The notes under the pieces are model-generated. The model was not told where the DNA came from. It saw only the letters and a list, made by a program, of their open reading frames with translations, and did no database searches. This document shows positions 37,129 to 50,729 of a stretch of 64,000 nt of DNA, piece by piece. Position 1 is the first letter of the stretch. The number at the start of each line of letters is the position of its first letter. Location: positions 66,030,001 to 66,094,000 of the forward strand of contig NC_091480.1 of the NCBI RefSeq assembly GCF_036971445.1, written 5' to 3'. This DNA comes from Narcine bancroftii. Lineage: Eukaryota. A program made the translations under genes and the position numbers.

Positions 37129-38533
37129 TGTCGGACTCTGGCTTTACCCTACCCTCAATGTAGTCTATATGTCGTCTGAGTCCAGCGTGCTCGTTGAATG
37201 AAGTGATAGGAGAAGGTATTCGGTTCAACAATCAGTTTATTACACAGCACAAGAATAAAGCTTAACAGAGCTCTGGTTCTGTCGTTAGTTCATAGGTCAC
37301 CTGCACAGTGAGCTATTCCCCAAGACTGACCTCTACTGTCCAGTCTCTACAGTTTATATAGCTCAACCTTATCATACAGAACAAAAGTTGGCTTCCTTTG
37401 CTAGATCTCATTATCATACAGAACAAAAGTTGGCTTCCTTTGCTAGATCTCATTATCATACAGAACAAAAGTTGGCTTTCTTTGCTAGATTTCTTGCATA
37501 AGATTTATCACAAGTAATTTCCTGCTCTGCAGATATCTGGGATATAGAACTCCCATCTTAGTCCTCAAGGTCAGAATATCCTGTTATTTTGATCAGAAAT
37601 CAATTCATACCCCAGATATTTCTAATTATTTCTTTGTTCTCATTTGGCCATGTTCTTCTGTTCTACTCAACACCTCCTTCTGCCTTCTTACTGAGTTATT
37701 CCATTCTCTTTGTTTCTGACAGTTTCTGTCAGGATTCTCTTTGTTCTTGTCTGGCCATTGGCTCCTGTGCTAATCAACACCTCCTTTTGCCTTAACCTTC
37801 CTACTAAATTGTTTCATACATATCCTCTCTTTTGTATTTTGGGAGCAGGCAATTCTAAACCTACTGTAATCAGCCAACTTTGCTACATACTGTGGTTGCC
37901 CCTTACTTACATTACTCTTTCCCTTCACCATGAGGTAAATATTAAATTGTTACATAGTCGAAGTACTCGAGATGGCAGAGGTCGACAGCATCGAGTCCAC
38001 GCTGCTGAAGATCCAGCTGCGCTGGATGGGTCACGTCTCCAGAATGGAGGACCATCGCCTTCCCAAGATCGTGTTATATGGCGAGCTCTCCACTGGCCAC
38101 CGTGACAGAGGTGCACCAAAGAAAAGGTACAAGGACTGCCTAAAGAAATCTCTTGGTGCCTGCCACATTGACCACCGCCAGTGGGCTGATAACGCCTCAA
38201 ACCGTGCATCTTGGCGCCTCACAGTTTGGCGGGCAGCAACCTCCTTTGAAGAAGACCGCAGAGCCCACCTCACTGACAAAAGGCAAAGGAGGAAAAACCC
38301 AACACCCAACCCCAACCAACCAATGTTCCCCTGCAACCGCTGCAATCGTGTCTGCCTGTCCCGCATCGGACTTGTCAGGCTGACGTGGACTTTTTACCCC
38401 CTCCATAAATCTTCGTCCGCGAAGCCAAGCCAAAAGAAAAGACATAGTACTGGATTCATGTATACAAACTGAATAGTACATAAGCATATATTCTACATAT
38501 TTTCTATGATTAATTAACCCCTATATTCCAACA
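37129..38533 (-). mobile_element. Solo LTR with nested truncated RTE, unit 3
   Basis: Duplicate of 23940-25344 with the same ATGG TSD. Confidence 0.85.
37959..38441 (+). mobile_element. 5'-truncated RTE, duplicated with the unit
   Basis: Same truncation point, ACATAGT TSD and 17-bp deletion as 24770-25252. Confidence 0.92.
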
Positions 38534-39154
38534 ATGGACAGAACAAGACCCACATGCAGGCAGGTGAGATGATTGGAAAATTGGCCCGATGATTCCCACA
38601 CACATCATGGGCTGAACAGCTTCTGCTGACTGGTCGATGCACGGAGATTTAGAAAATCCAGAACAGTGAAGTGTTCAAAATTAAAACGTAGAATTCAATA
38701 TACACGATCACAAGAACACGTCATTGAAAACCCATATGAAATGCTTCACTTGCTTTCAGTTACCCGGGCCCAGTGCCGGGTGCACCGTCTGCACAAACAG
38801 TCCCAAGACCTGCTCACAGTTCGGGGACTCCCCCTGAGAGTCGGGCCTTTGTATTGGCCACATGGTGCCCAGGCAAAGACCTGCCCACAGCCCACCACCC
38901 CATTGGGAAGCTGGATGTGCGCGGTTACTGGTGTGGGGCAAAAGTGGTTGGGATTCATTCCCTTCCCAACACAGGACTATCAAAACCAACGGAGCAGGAC
39001 AGTTCGCCGCAGAGTGACTGTTTTCAGTGCCGGCAGGGATCAGTGTCCGTGGTTTCCTTCAGTAGCATTCGAGTTGTTGGCTCTCTCGGCATATTCATCA
39101 GCCACGCGTCCAACTGACACTCAGTGCTACAGCGCACATACTGTTGTGTGTGTC

Positions 39155-39220
<66 letters not shown>

Positions 39221-39492
39221 CTTGCGTGTGTATGTGTGGGTGTTTGTCTGTTTGTGTGTGAGTGCGTTCGCGCGCGTGTGCGTGTGTGTGTAAAGAGGAC
39301 ATGACCATATCTACTCTTCATGCCACCCTTTGCAGATTACGCTGTCCGGGGGCTGAAAACCTACCGCATTCTTGGGGTCCCTTACTTGGCCAGGTGAATT
39401 GCCCCCTGTCTGACCAAGGGTCCCTCCACCTGACCACGGATCATTCCTTCTGACCACACACATGCGCGCACACACACACGCATTCACAGACG

Positions 39493-39528
<36 letters not shown>

Positions 39529-42500
39529 TTAGTTTTTCCAGTCCGTGTGTTCAATCCACCTTCTCAGAGCCCCTTTCCCAGCCAGGAGACTCGACGCCCC
39601 TGCAAATCACCTCTCACTATGTGTACACCACTGGATACACACAAACACCAAGGTGACTGCACTCATGTGATGGGCTGAGCAGGGCTGTCCGTGAGGTAGA
39701 CAGGCCATTCTGTGATTAGCGGGCATTGCAATCACAGTCGGGATAGTGGTATGGTTGGACTCATTGGTGAAGGTCAAATGGGCTTGAGGTCAGAGGTTAG
39801 TGTGGGGTCATTGGGGAAGTTTGTGCTTTGTGAGGTCACTGTCCAGGATTTGAACGATCTGTTGAGGGAGCTGACTCTGGTTTTAATTGATGGTTCTGAT
39901 AGTTTTTCCTGATGGGAGCAGCTGGAAGATGTGAGGTGCATTGTGGTGGGGTCTTCCTTGATTTTGAGAGGCCGCTTTAAATACCCATCTCAGTAAATCA
40001 CATTAATGGGAGTGTGCTCCCAGTAATCCTCGCTGCTGCTTTTATGGTCCAGTGGATTTACCTCTGCCCTGTCGCCACGTAGGAACTGTCCGGCCCTGTG
40101 ATACAGCCGGCCTGGACATACTCCATAGAGCTTCTGCAGGAAGTTGACATGATGGTGGGTGATAGTCTTTCCCGTTTAAGCCTTCTAAAGGAGTGCGGTC
40201 GCTGTCGCACCTTCCTGACAAGTGAGGAGATATTGAGTACCCACGATAGGTCATGAGTCATGTGAGCTCCAAAAAACTTGGTGCTCTCCACTCTCGCCAC
40301 TCTCAAGCTATTAACATGCAGTGGAGGCTGATCGTTCCTGGTCCTCCCGAAGGCCACAATCATCTCCTTTTTCTTGATGTACGTTGACTTAATGGTAAGA
40401 GTGTGGCAGTGGGGTGTAATGACTCAGATTAGAGGCCTGTGTCTAATGGTGCGCTGCAGGATTCAGCACTGGCCCCACTCTTGTCTCTTATCAATTTGAA
40501 TGCCTTCTTTTCTTTGAATATTTTATTTATTCAACATATATAATGTCAAGAAGTTAATATAATACCATAGTTACATAATAGTATCTTAACAAATATATGC
40601 TGAAACTATATAAAAAACTAAAATATAAAATAAAAAAGACTAACTACTACAAATAAAAACCGTACACCTACTAATCCATTCACCTGAACTAATCTAATCC
40701 CTAAACTGAAATATATGCCATTTCATTATAAAATGATTACAAATATTTAATTCGGATTGTATCAGTTGACAATCAGAGACCTCAAAAACACCATAAAATT
40801 ACACTTTCAGAGAAAACTTCACTGATCAGGAAAAATAAATTAATAAAATCATACTTTTAATTTCATTATTTTAGCATAGGGACCCCAAATTTTTTAAAAC
40901 AAGAAAAGTTATTCCTTAAATTAGAAGCAATTTTTTCTCATGGAATACAGCTTTGTATTTCAGCATGCCGTCTATCTAATGTTAATGAAACATCGGATTT
41001 CCATGTCACGGTAACACATTTCCTCGCTTTTACTAAAATCAACTTAACAAATTTTAATTGCAAATCTGACAGCGATAATGTAGGAGTGACACTTTCAAAA
41101 TGTCCCAACAAAAATAATTCACGATTTAAAGGAAAGTTCACTCCTGTGATCCGTGGCAAACCCCCAAAGGGTTGACCTTTGAACAAGACCACGTGGAATG
41201 AAGAAAGGTACCAATATCCGTTCCACATCTAAAACATTGATCCGATAAATCCAATCTCCATCGACTCAATTTCTGAGGAGTAAATATGCAGTTGATGTAA
41301 AACATTATAATGAAATCATCTATCTCTTCCATTAATAGGATTTGTCAGAACCTCTTGACACAAATTTTGCCGGTTTTGTAGATCCATAATCATGTCCAAA
41401 CCTCGTTCCCATCTTTCTTTTGATTTAAGCAATCCTAATTTAGGTGTCAGTTCTTGTAACAAAATATATGCAATTGAAATAAATTTTAAAATCATTCCAT
41501 CAACCATAATTTGTTCCAAATTTGAAAGATCTTTTGAATAGTTTCCGATCCTAGTTTCTCTCTTTAGAAAACCCTTCGATTGAAAATAACTAATTAATGT
41601 ATTTTAAGGTACATCATATTCAATCATTAATTGACCTTAACACCCCCTCCTCATTTCCCTTCTAATACCATCTATTTGAAAAAGGAATCTCTTTTGTAAA
41701 AATCAACAAGGGATTAATTAATGGCGTTTTCAATGAAAGAATATTTCCACCAGTTTCCAAGTTTATTTAATTCCAAATATTCAACCAATGTTTTAATATT
41801 GGGCCTTCCCTGTCTATTACACTAGATTTAGAAAGACATTTATAAATAAACTCGTCTCCTATCTTATTAATTCGATATCCACCCATGATGGACTAATGTT
41901 AACGGACATAAAAACTAACAAGCTTAATTGTGCTGCTTTGTACCAATTCTTAAAATTGGGACGTTGTCTTCCTCCTTGATCATATTTCCATGTTAATTTT
42001 ACAACGACTTTCTTACCATCCTCACTTTCCAAAGAAATCCCTGAACTTGCTTATTTAAATCTTGAAAATATTTTGAGGTTAAAGTGTGAACGTCTTCAAT
42101 GCCGACGATACCAAAAGTTCGTGCTATACCTGAGAGTGGAGAAGGTGATCCCGGATTACAACAGGATGCAGATGAACTGGACAAGCAGAGCAAGGAACGG
42201 CAGATGGGATTTCACTCGGAAAGTGCGAGGTGTTGCATTGAGGTGGATTAATTAATCCAGGGCAAGAATTACATGGTGAATGGAAGGTCGCTGGGGCGTG
42301 CTGCAGCACAAGGAGGCTTGGGACACAGCCAGATATTTCCATGGAGGCAGTGACCCAAGAGGACAGGGTAGCGAAGAAGGTGTTTTCCACGCTTGCCTTC
42401 TTTGGTTAGGGAAGTAAGTCCAGGTGCAGGGATGTCATGTTCCGACTCCACAGGACGTTGGGGAGACCAGAGCTGGAGTGTGGTGTGCAATTCTGGCCAC

Positions 42501-43762
42501 CCAGCGATTGGAAAGATTGAATTGGAAATGGGTGCAGAACATTCATGAGAATGTTACTGGAGCTGGCATGATAATGAGAGGATGGGTGGGCTGGGGCTTT
42601 CCCCTTGAAGTGCAGGGAACTTTTACAGTATAGTCTTACTATTCTAATATTTCAACTTCTATTCTAACTTATATTTATATAAATATGCTCCTTGGTCCTG
42701 GAGAAAAGCTATTTCGTCTTTACTGTGCGAACACGTGTTGAACGTTGATGAAGGTGACTTGACTTGACTTGACGAGAGGGGCAAGTGGAGGAGACGAGCT
42801 GAGGGGACTCTGCGGCCGAGGGACCAGGTCATGCGGCGGGCTGCTGGCGACCGAGGCGAGGAACCCGCGGAAGGGAACGGCGATTCAAAGAGGTGCCGAT
42901 GGCGCTGAAGGGTCCCTGACCATGTCGGAGATCTGGAGCTCGAAGTGCCAATGGCTTGGACTGGATTCTGTGTGGCTGCGGGGGCAGGGGAAGCGCCGGA
43001 AGCGAATCTAAGGGGATGGGGGGTGGGGTGGGGGTGATTCTCTCCCTATAACTGTAAGTCTGACTGTAAGATCTATCAGAGGCGCTTTGGCAATTACTGC
43101 CGGTGGCGAATCTGTCTGCCTTGCAGCAAGCAAAAGGACATTTCATGTAATAGGACACTCTTTTACCACCAGCATGATCAGTTGAAGATAGAATCTTGAA
43201 AGATTTAAAGGGGACCTGTGGGGCACAGTTGTCATACAAAGGGTGGTGGGGAAATAGAAGGAGCGTCCAGAGACAGGAAAATTGTAAGGTGCACGAACGT
43301 CCATGGACAGGAAAGGTTTGAAGGCACATGGCTAAAGGCAGGTCAATGGGAGGAGATTGGAGTGTGCTGGGGACATCTGTAACCCAACCGCGGGGCTGGA
43401 TAGGCTGAGAAGAATGGCCCCTTAACCCGTCTCTTCGTCGGCTCCAGCCCGACACGGCCGTGCAGCTCTGGGCAGTCAGGAGCCTGCTTTTCTGGAGCCC
43501 ATACATTTCTGCTGACGCCAGCGTTGCCCGCAGCGCCAAGGGCGGTGAGCAGCGCAGGGGAACAGGTTGGAACTCACGGCAGAAGGTGGCGGCCGACTCC
43601 TCCTCTCTCTCTCCATTGCTCCAACCCCATCCTTGTCACCTGATAAGCCGACCAAGCCCTCTGTACAGCTCATAAAAGCAGCTCCAGCCTCTCTCGGCTG
43701 CACCGGGGACTTGCGATCGCCGGAGCAGCTTCGCCGCCACAGAGCCCACATCATCTTTCACC

Positions 43763-45887
43763 ATGTCCTTAACAGGGATCAAGATAACAAGAAGCTCCTC
43801 CAGCAGATCAGGAGGACAACGAAGCTCCGGATTGGGACAATGGGGCGGGAGCCGCATGTCTTCCATAGGTGGAGGATTCAGATCGTCTGGAGGATACCAG
43901 GGTGCCGGGCGGGCTCAAAGTCTCATCCTGTCCAGTTCGAGAAGCTCGAGGTTGTCCCGCCCCTCCGGCATGGGGCTCGGTGTTGGTATGGGGCTCGGTG
44001 TTGGCATGAAGACGGCTGTGGATCTGCACAGCCCCTTACCCAAAAATGACCTCAGTCAGCAAGCCATTCGTCTCCAGGAGACGCAGCAGATCACTGGGCT
44101 CAACGACCGGTTTGCCTCTTTCATTGAGCAGGTCAGTGCACCAGCTCTCCCCCGTCGCGCATGTTGGGAAGCCGGGGTTGCGTGTGTCTGGCCAAATGGC
44201 GCCTCCTTTCCTTGCCGGCTCCCTGTCAATCTAACCGTGGGCTCGCTTCCCATCCGCAGGTTTGCGCGCTGGAACTGAAAAATACTGAACTGAAGACCAA
44301 ACTGGATCTCCTGCAAAAGCAGGGAACTTCCACATCGAACATCGAGAACATGTTCCAAATGTACATCGCCAACCTCAAGAGGCAACTGGAAGCTCTGGGG
44401 CAGGAGAAAGCGAAGTTCGAGTCGGACCTTGTGCAAATGCAGGCGCTGGTTGAGGACTTTAAGGGCAAGTAAGTGCGTGTGAGGCATTCCCCATTTCATC
44501 TGTTCTCGTCCCGGACGCGCTCACGGGGTCAGAGACATGGAGCAGAAGCCGGCAGATTGCGGCAAGGTTCAATGCATGAGGCACCCCGCTCTCTCCCACT
44601 CGGACACTTGGTTCTGGTGCGGCGGAGCAACAGCAGCGAGTGGGCGTCTGGGGCTTCTCTATGGGACCGGCAAGTGCGCCAAGAGGAGAGGCGCAGGCGA
44701 AGCCGAGCTCTGGAACGCGAGGAGCCTCCCAGAACTCTGAAAGCCAGCGAGATGGACCGGGAGATTCAGGGCAAGGAGGGCGCGCTGGTCTGGGGCGCGG
44801 CAGGGCCGATACTTCCCACGGAGCAGGGAGGGAAGAGCACTCCCAATGAACCGGGCAGCGTGCGAGGCGTCAGCACAAAGCAGCAGGGTCCCCTCGCAGC
44901 AACGGGACTCAATGCCTTCTTTGGAAGAGATTTTCCCTAAAGTCTAGATTCCTTTCAGGTACGAGGATGAAATTAACAAGCGGACTGAAATGGAGAACGA
45001 GTTTGTCATCGTCAAGAAGGTGAGTATGACTGGCGAGCTGTCTGTCCAATATGTCAAGCGCATTTCCGAGCGAGCTTTTCAAAGGCGTGGGTCACGAACA
45101 TCTGTGGACACCGTGGTTGAAGTAAGCAACGACCTTTCACAGCCCTGTGTCCCTTTCCTCTTCAGGATGTCGATGAATCCTACATGAACAAGGTGGAACT
45201 GGAGGCGAGGCTGGAAGCCTTGACCGATGAACTCGAATTCCTCAAGAGTATCTTTGACGAGGTAAACAGGCGACATGGTCCGGCAATTGGTCCCTTGCCG
45301 ATCCCTTCAATCTCCTTTCAGTTCTTTTCCTTCCGCCTGTTATGAGTCCAGAGGAGCCCAAAGCCCAGCAGCAAAAGATATTCACCACGACAAGTAGTTA
45401 CTTCAACAAAAGTTGTTTTAAATTCTCTTTAAACATGGAAACAGGATCAAACTTTAACGTATCACTATTAACTTAACGCCCCGACTTAAGCCCCTTTTCA
45501 TTCTGAGCGCACGTGTAAGTAATGTGTGCGTAAATTTAAGAAATGTTCTTTGGAAAGGTAAATGTTTACCACCCAGGAAGGTTCTTGGAGGTTTGCAGAG
45601 AGACATGTGCTGTTCCAGGATTTGCACAATTCAGGTACCACCATTATTCACCTCAATGTCTTTTTGATGAAACTTGCCCCATGTGGGTTCTCTAGATGAT
45701 AACCTCTTTCTTTCTGGCCAGCACAGAGTTCCTTTCTGTTCTTCCTATTCCAAAAGAAACATCAGACAGATAGCACTTCCAGCCATCCGCCACACTGGAG
45801 CTTCTGTTTCAGTTTGAACAACCTTCTCCTGGCTGACATTGTTCAGTTTCTCCCTCTCTCTGAGATTCAGAACAGCCAGCCACATGT

Positions 45888-45921
<34 letters not shown>

Positions 45922-48900
45922 TGCAAAAACCCCTCCTCCTTCTCCAGCAAACAATAGGAGTTCATCTTCTGCTCCCATCTGTTGTTTTAGGTAAACAAAC
46001 GTCTCAATGACCTTTGAGTGAGCCCTTTGCAGAGAGGTCAGAAGGCTTGCAAAAATGTCCAACATCATTTCAATTAGCACCTAATTGTGCAATGTGCATT
46101 GCATTCTGCATAGTTTCTGTAAAGCCACTGAATATGAATGCTTCAGAATTTCAAATAAGATCTGTTTTAAAATGTGTGTATGTATGTAACCTACTCTAAT
46201 TCTACCAATTTATCTCCCCAAAACATCTCCAAATATTCCATCACACCACCCACCTTTAGGAAATCCGCGAGCTACAGGCACAGATCCAGAACACTTCTGT
46301 CTGCGTGCAAGTGGACACTTCTCGTAAACTGGATATGAGTGGGATCATTGAACAGATCAAGAATCAATATAAAATATTGGCAGATGCTAACCGCAAGGAG
46401 GCTGAACAATGGAAAATGATGAAGGTAAGCGTTCGCATCCAAGTCGCCAGGTCCCACCCGCACTGGCAGCTCTGACCTCTGTGTTGGAGGGGGAAACCTT
46501 TTGCTGACCAGTTCTCGATGTGTTCTTGCAGATGCAAGAGCTGAGCATGTCAGGTGGAGGTTTGGAAGCAGACATGCGGGCAATAAAAACAGAATGTAAT
46601 GATCTGAATCAATCCATCCGGAGAATCAGCATGGACATCGAAAATCTTAAAGCCCAGGTAAGCCTCGGAGTGAAAGCATGCAGGATCTGGGTATCAACAC
46701 CCGCAGTTTGGCAAAATACCCTCTTCTCCTCCCAGCCCAAAGCAAACGGCCAAGAGACGACTGAAATCTCCGATCAATTGGGTCGAATTCTGCCATTCCA
46801 GGACCCTCTCACTCCTTCCGGGGAAAGGCTTAGTATGCTGATCCATTCTCAGCCAATCTACAACACAGCACGCTCAGCATGGTCCTTCTCAAGGAGGGGG
46901 TTTGGGTGGGGTGTGGCAGGTGAGGCAGCGCTCCACGTACAAGTCATCATGTTAACCTTTGTGCCACTTAGCGTTTGAAACTGGAGGCTGATATCAGAGA
47001 AGCGGAAGAACGTGGGGAAATGTCTCTCAAAGGCAGTAAAAGCAGAATTCAAGAACTGCAAGACGCCATCCAGAAAGCCAAGCAAGAGATGACCAAGCAA
47101 GTCCAGGAACTCGAGAATCTGATGCAAGTCAAGCTGGGTCTGGATATGGAGATTCTTGCCTATAGGAAGCTCCTGGAGGGAGAGGAAGCAAGGTAGGACA
47201 TTGGCCAGTTCCACCTTCCATTTGTGACACCTTTACACCAGTATGTGTACTTGCATAGCTCAATATGCTTTGGTGCTCTGATATATTGTTGTGACTGGGA
47301 TTTTTGACTTTGAAAATAGCATTCAGTCAGTTAGTTCATCTAAGCACCAAGCTCATTTCCAGAATTAACTGTGAGTCAGTTGTTCATGCACCATTTCTCA
47401 TGTTGGCATAACTCTCCCAATAGTTCAGTAGATGATGGTATTGTACGTCGTATCCAGATTTAATAGTATTTCGACCATACTCTTTTTTTGTGTTGTTACA
47501 ACTCCAGAGGACCCCAAAACCCAGCAGCAATAGGAATTCACCAAGATCAATGGCCACTTAAACAAAAGTTGCTTTTACTCATCTTTAAACATGAAAATGG
47601 GATCAAACTGTAACTTATTACTCTTAACTTAACCTTAACAACCTCCTTCTAATTTTAAGCGCATGTGTATGTAATGTGTATATGTTCAGGAAAGTTCTTT
47701 GATTTAGTGTCCAATCTCACTTATCACTACTCCAAGTCAGGCAAGTCTTACACTGTTCATAGAATTTTACATATATGAATTTTCACCATGCTTTGCTGCT
47801 TACAGGCAAATTGTTACTGTTCAGGAAGGTTATTGTCGATTTTCAGATGGAGAAATTTGTTGCTCATTGGACACACACAAACTGATTTCCTCGAACCAAT
47901 AACTTCAGTGTCTTGGTGAAGAAACTTGCCCCATCATTGGTTTTCCAAATTATAACCCATTCTTCTAGGTCACCACAGAGTTCCTCTTGTTTCCCTTATT
48001 TCAGGTGTAACAGTCTAGCCAATCATTTCCTCTTGCAAAGACTACAAGTGTTTTTCACCAGGCTGAACTCAGAACTCACAACTCGTCTTCAAAATGTGGG
48101 TTTCAACAAGCTGCTAGCTTGCCATTATGCAGCCTCAAAAACCACTGTAGAAATCAGTTCTCTTTCTGTCTAAAAGAGAAATCCTGTTTGGTCTTTTCTC
48201 TCTCTCTCTCTGCTTGCAAAACCACTTGACCCCTCTTAGAACAGCAAACTGCAACCAGACAGATGGCTGGCACCGGAATCAGTTTCTGCTGGTCATCTGT
48301 TGCTTTAAAGACAATAGTTCATTTACTCCACAGCATCGGTCCAATTAATACCTACGTGAAGTCTCCATAGGCACTCTTCAAAGTTTCTGCAAAGTCACTG
48401 TGGACATGAAGTCTCTCTTTCAGCAAAGCTCTTGCATTTTAAATGGGATGTGTTTTGTAAGTATCTGTTTGTGAAGTGACCTACCATAAACCCACAACAA
48501 TCTATCTCTTTTACAAACATTTATATATAATATAAAATATAATATACCCCATAACAGTGTGGACAGTTGTGCTCCTGACCTCCTGAAGGAGCCCAGAATC
48601 TTTTTTCCTATTTGAGCAGCACCGTTAGTGTAGTGCCAGTGACCCAGCTTCAAATCTGGTGCTGTCTGTCAGGAGTTTGTACACTCTCCCCATATCTGCG
48701 TGGGTTTCTGCTGGATGCTCCTGTTTCCTCCCACCCTCTAAAACCTTTCGGGTGTTTGTAGGTTCATTTGGGTGAAATTGGGCTGCATGGGTTTAAATGC
48801 TGTAATCAGCTTCTACCATTCTGTAAATAAAAAAAATTAATACATTTCATTTAAAATTTGAGGCCCTTCCATGCTCAGAAAGGCTTTTTACTATCAGCGC

Positions 48901-49962
48901 TCAGACGTGAAGAATGAACAGCTCGGCCAAGGGTCTGCAGGGTAGAAATCCCCACAGAGGTTCACCCAACAAAGTCAGTGTTCCTTAGAGAGGGAAGCAA
49001 TTTGTAAACCTGAGCAATATATGCCTTGGAACATCCTCAAAAGACCTGTGGTAACACGAATATTTCTTCTCAACAGGATGGCCGAAGGGATAAGAACACT
49101 CAGCATCCAATCAGTGCAACAGCAAGGTAGGGAAATGTGTAATTCCTTGTCAAAACTTTTCCCAGAGAATAAAATATAAATTAAAATCTCCCCTCATTCT
49201 TCTACGCTCCAGGGAATAAAGTCCTAACCTCTTTAACCTTTCCCTGCAACTCAATTCCTGAAGTCCCAGCAACATCCTAGGAAATCTTCTCTGCACTCTT
49301 TCAATCTTATTACACACAATACTCCAAATTTGGCCTCACCAATGTCTTATACTACTTTAGCATAGCATCCCAACTCAATACTGTGATTTATGAAGGCCAA
49401 TTTGCCAAAACTCTCTTTACGACCCTATCTACCTGTAATGCCGCTTTCAGGGAATTATGTATCTGTATTCCCAGATCCCTCTGATCTACTGCACTCCTCA
49501 GCGCCCGACCATTTACCATGTATGTTCTACCTTGGTTTTTCCTTCCAAAATACAACACCTCCCACTTCTATGCATTACATTCCATCTGCTATTTTCTGGC
49601 CCATTTCCCCAATTGGCCCAGATTCCGCTGCAAGCTTAAAAAGCCTTCCTCGCTTCCCACAACACCTCCAATCTGAGTGTCATCTGCAAACTTGCTGATC
49701 CAATTGACTACATTATCAGCCAGTTCATTGATATAGATGACAAACAACACTGGTCTCAGCACTGATAATCATAGTTTTCAACTTTGTTTCCTTTTGTAAA
49801 GGCCAGTATGGTGGAGGCTCCTTTTATAAGAATGATCTGGACATGATGAGATCCTCTTACGCTGGCGGAGAACAGTCAGAGCCCAATAAGACTGTACTGG
49901 TGAAAACAATTGAGCAATTAGATGGTGTGACCGTTTCATCAAGAACAACTGCCTTGCTATAA
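43763..49962 (+). CDS. Type II keratin, array copy 4, with a different K8-like tail exon; 9 exons, 485 aa
   Basis: Exons 43763-44131 (18 nt shorter head), 44260-44468, 44959-45019, 45166-45261, 46260-46424, 46532-46657, 46972-47192, 49077-49126, and predicted 49802-49962. The last exon follows actttgtttccttttgtaaag| in the required phase 1 and encodes [53 protein letters not shown]. Confidence 0.88.
47494..48556. mobile_element. Solo LTR in intron 7 of copy 4, same family as the intron 4 element
   Basis: Termini TGTTAC...ATAACA with a 4-bp TSD GTGT. Shares tccagagga.cccaaa.cccagcagcaa and many other blocks with 3189-4092. Confidence 0.8.
48615..48835 (+). mobile_element. tRNA-derived V-SINE (HE1-like)
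   Basis: Degenerate B-box (ttcaaatc), V-domain ggagtttgtacactctcccca..tctgcgtgggtttc and an A-rich tail. Confidence 0.65.
49180..49762 (-). mobile_element. Decayed CR1-type LINE fragment in intron 8 of copy 4
   Basis: Contains gtgtcatctgcaaactt (minus-strand KFADDT) and is homologous to 56750-57690. Confidence 0.65.
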
Positions 49963-50222
49963 TGCAGAAAGAATTCACGGAATTATGAGAATCTTGCAAC
50001 TAAACAATTTTATTGCTATCTCTTATTCATTTGTCATCTTTAATTCAGAGTTCAATTTTGTTAATTCTAGCTTTACATTTTTGTGAAACCTTTTAAAAGG
50101 TTGACACTGTAAAATCCCTTGGTTATGCCTTGATGCTTTTGCTGGGATAAGGAATGGTCACAATCTTTTGATCATCCGAATCACTGATCAATCTGTCAAA
50201 TGCAACATATGCTCCACAGACC

Positions 50223-50228
50223 AATAAA
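50223..50228 (+). terminator. Candidate polyadenylation signal of copy 4
   Basis: AATAAA ~260 nt after the TAA at 49960-49962. Confidence 0.45.
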
Positions 50229-50729
50229 TTGAACTGTAGTGACATCAGTGGCCATATAATGGATTCATGTTGGTGGAATCATTTATTAGCATCGATTACA
50301 CATTACTGAATCCCTCAGACATACTTTGGTATTAACAACTATGAATGGTTCGGTACATCTCTCTCATTGAACATTACAGCATAGTACAGGCCCTTCAGCC
50401 TTTGATGTTGTGTTGATCAATATGACTTTGATTCTGATCATTTGACAACTAGATACAAAAAATATTGAGATGTTTTTTGGAAAAGCTTGAGAAGATACTA
50501 TCATTTGAATTTTTGGTTGCTTGAATGAGAAATAAACTAAAATTTTTCAAATGGATCCATTTCATGTTTCTGAATCCAATTTAAAAAAACCAAGCACCTT
50601 CTCTTCAAGAACAAATTATTGCTTTCTTTATTTTCGACGTTTACCATTTTGTTTCTCTACCGATTTTTCTTCCATTGTGCTTTGAACCTCACATTTCTCT
50701 GCTTGGTAATTCTTTTGACTCACTCTTCC

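Larger units (their letters stand above)
1..47160 (+). repeat. Tandem segmental duplication array of keratin gene units (~13-16 kb), open at the window start
   Basis: The sequence at position 1 recurs at 15784, ~28974 and ~42167, and the ORF sets repeat. High identity ends near the end of exon 7 of copy 4. Confidence 0.95.

Noticed and set aside
47193-49962. Copy 4 as a truncated pseudogene lacking exon 9
   Set aside because: An identical exon 8 and an in-phase alternative terminal exon with a K8-like motif and a downstream AATAAA are present.
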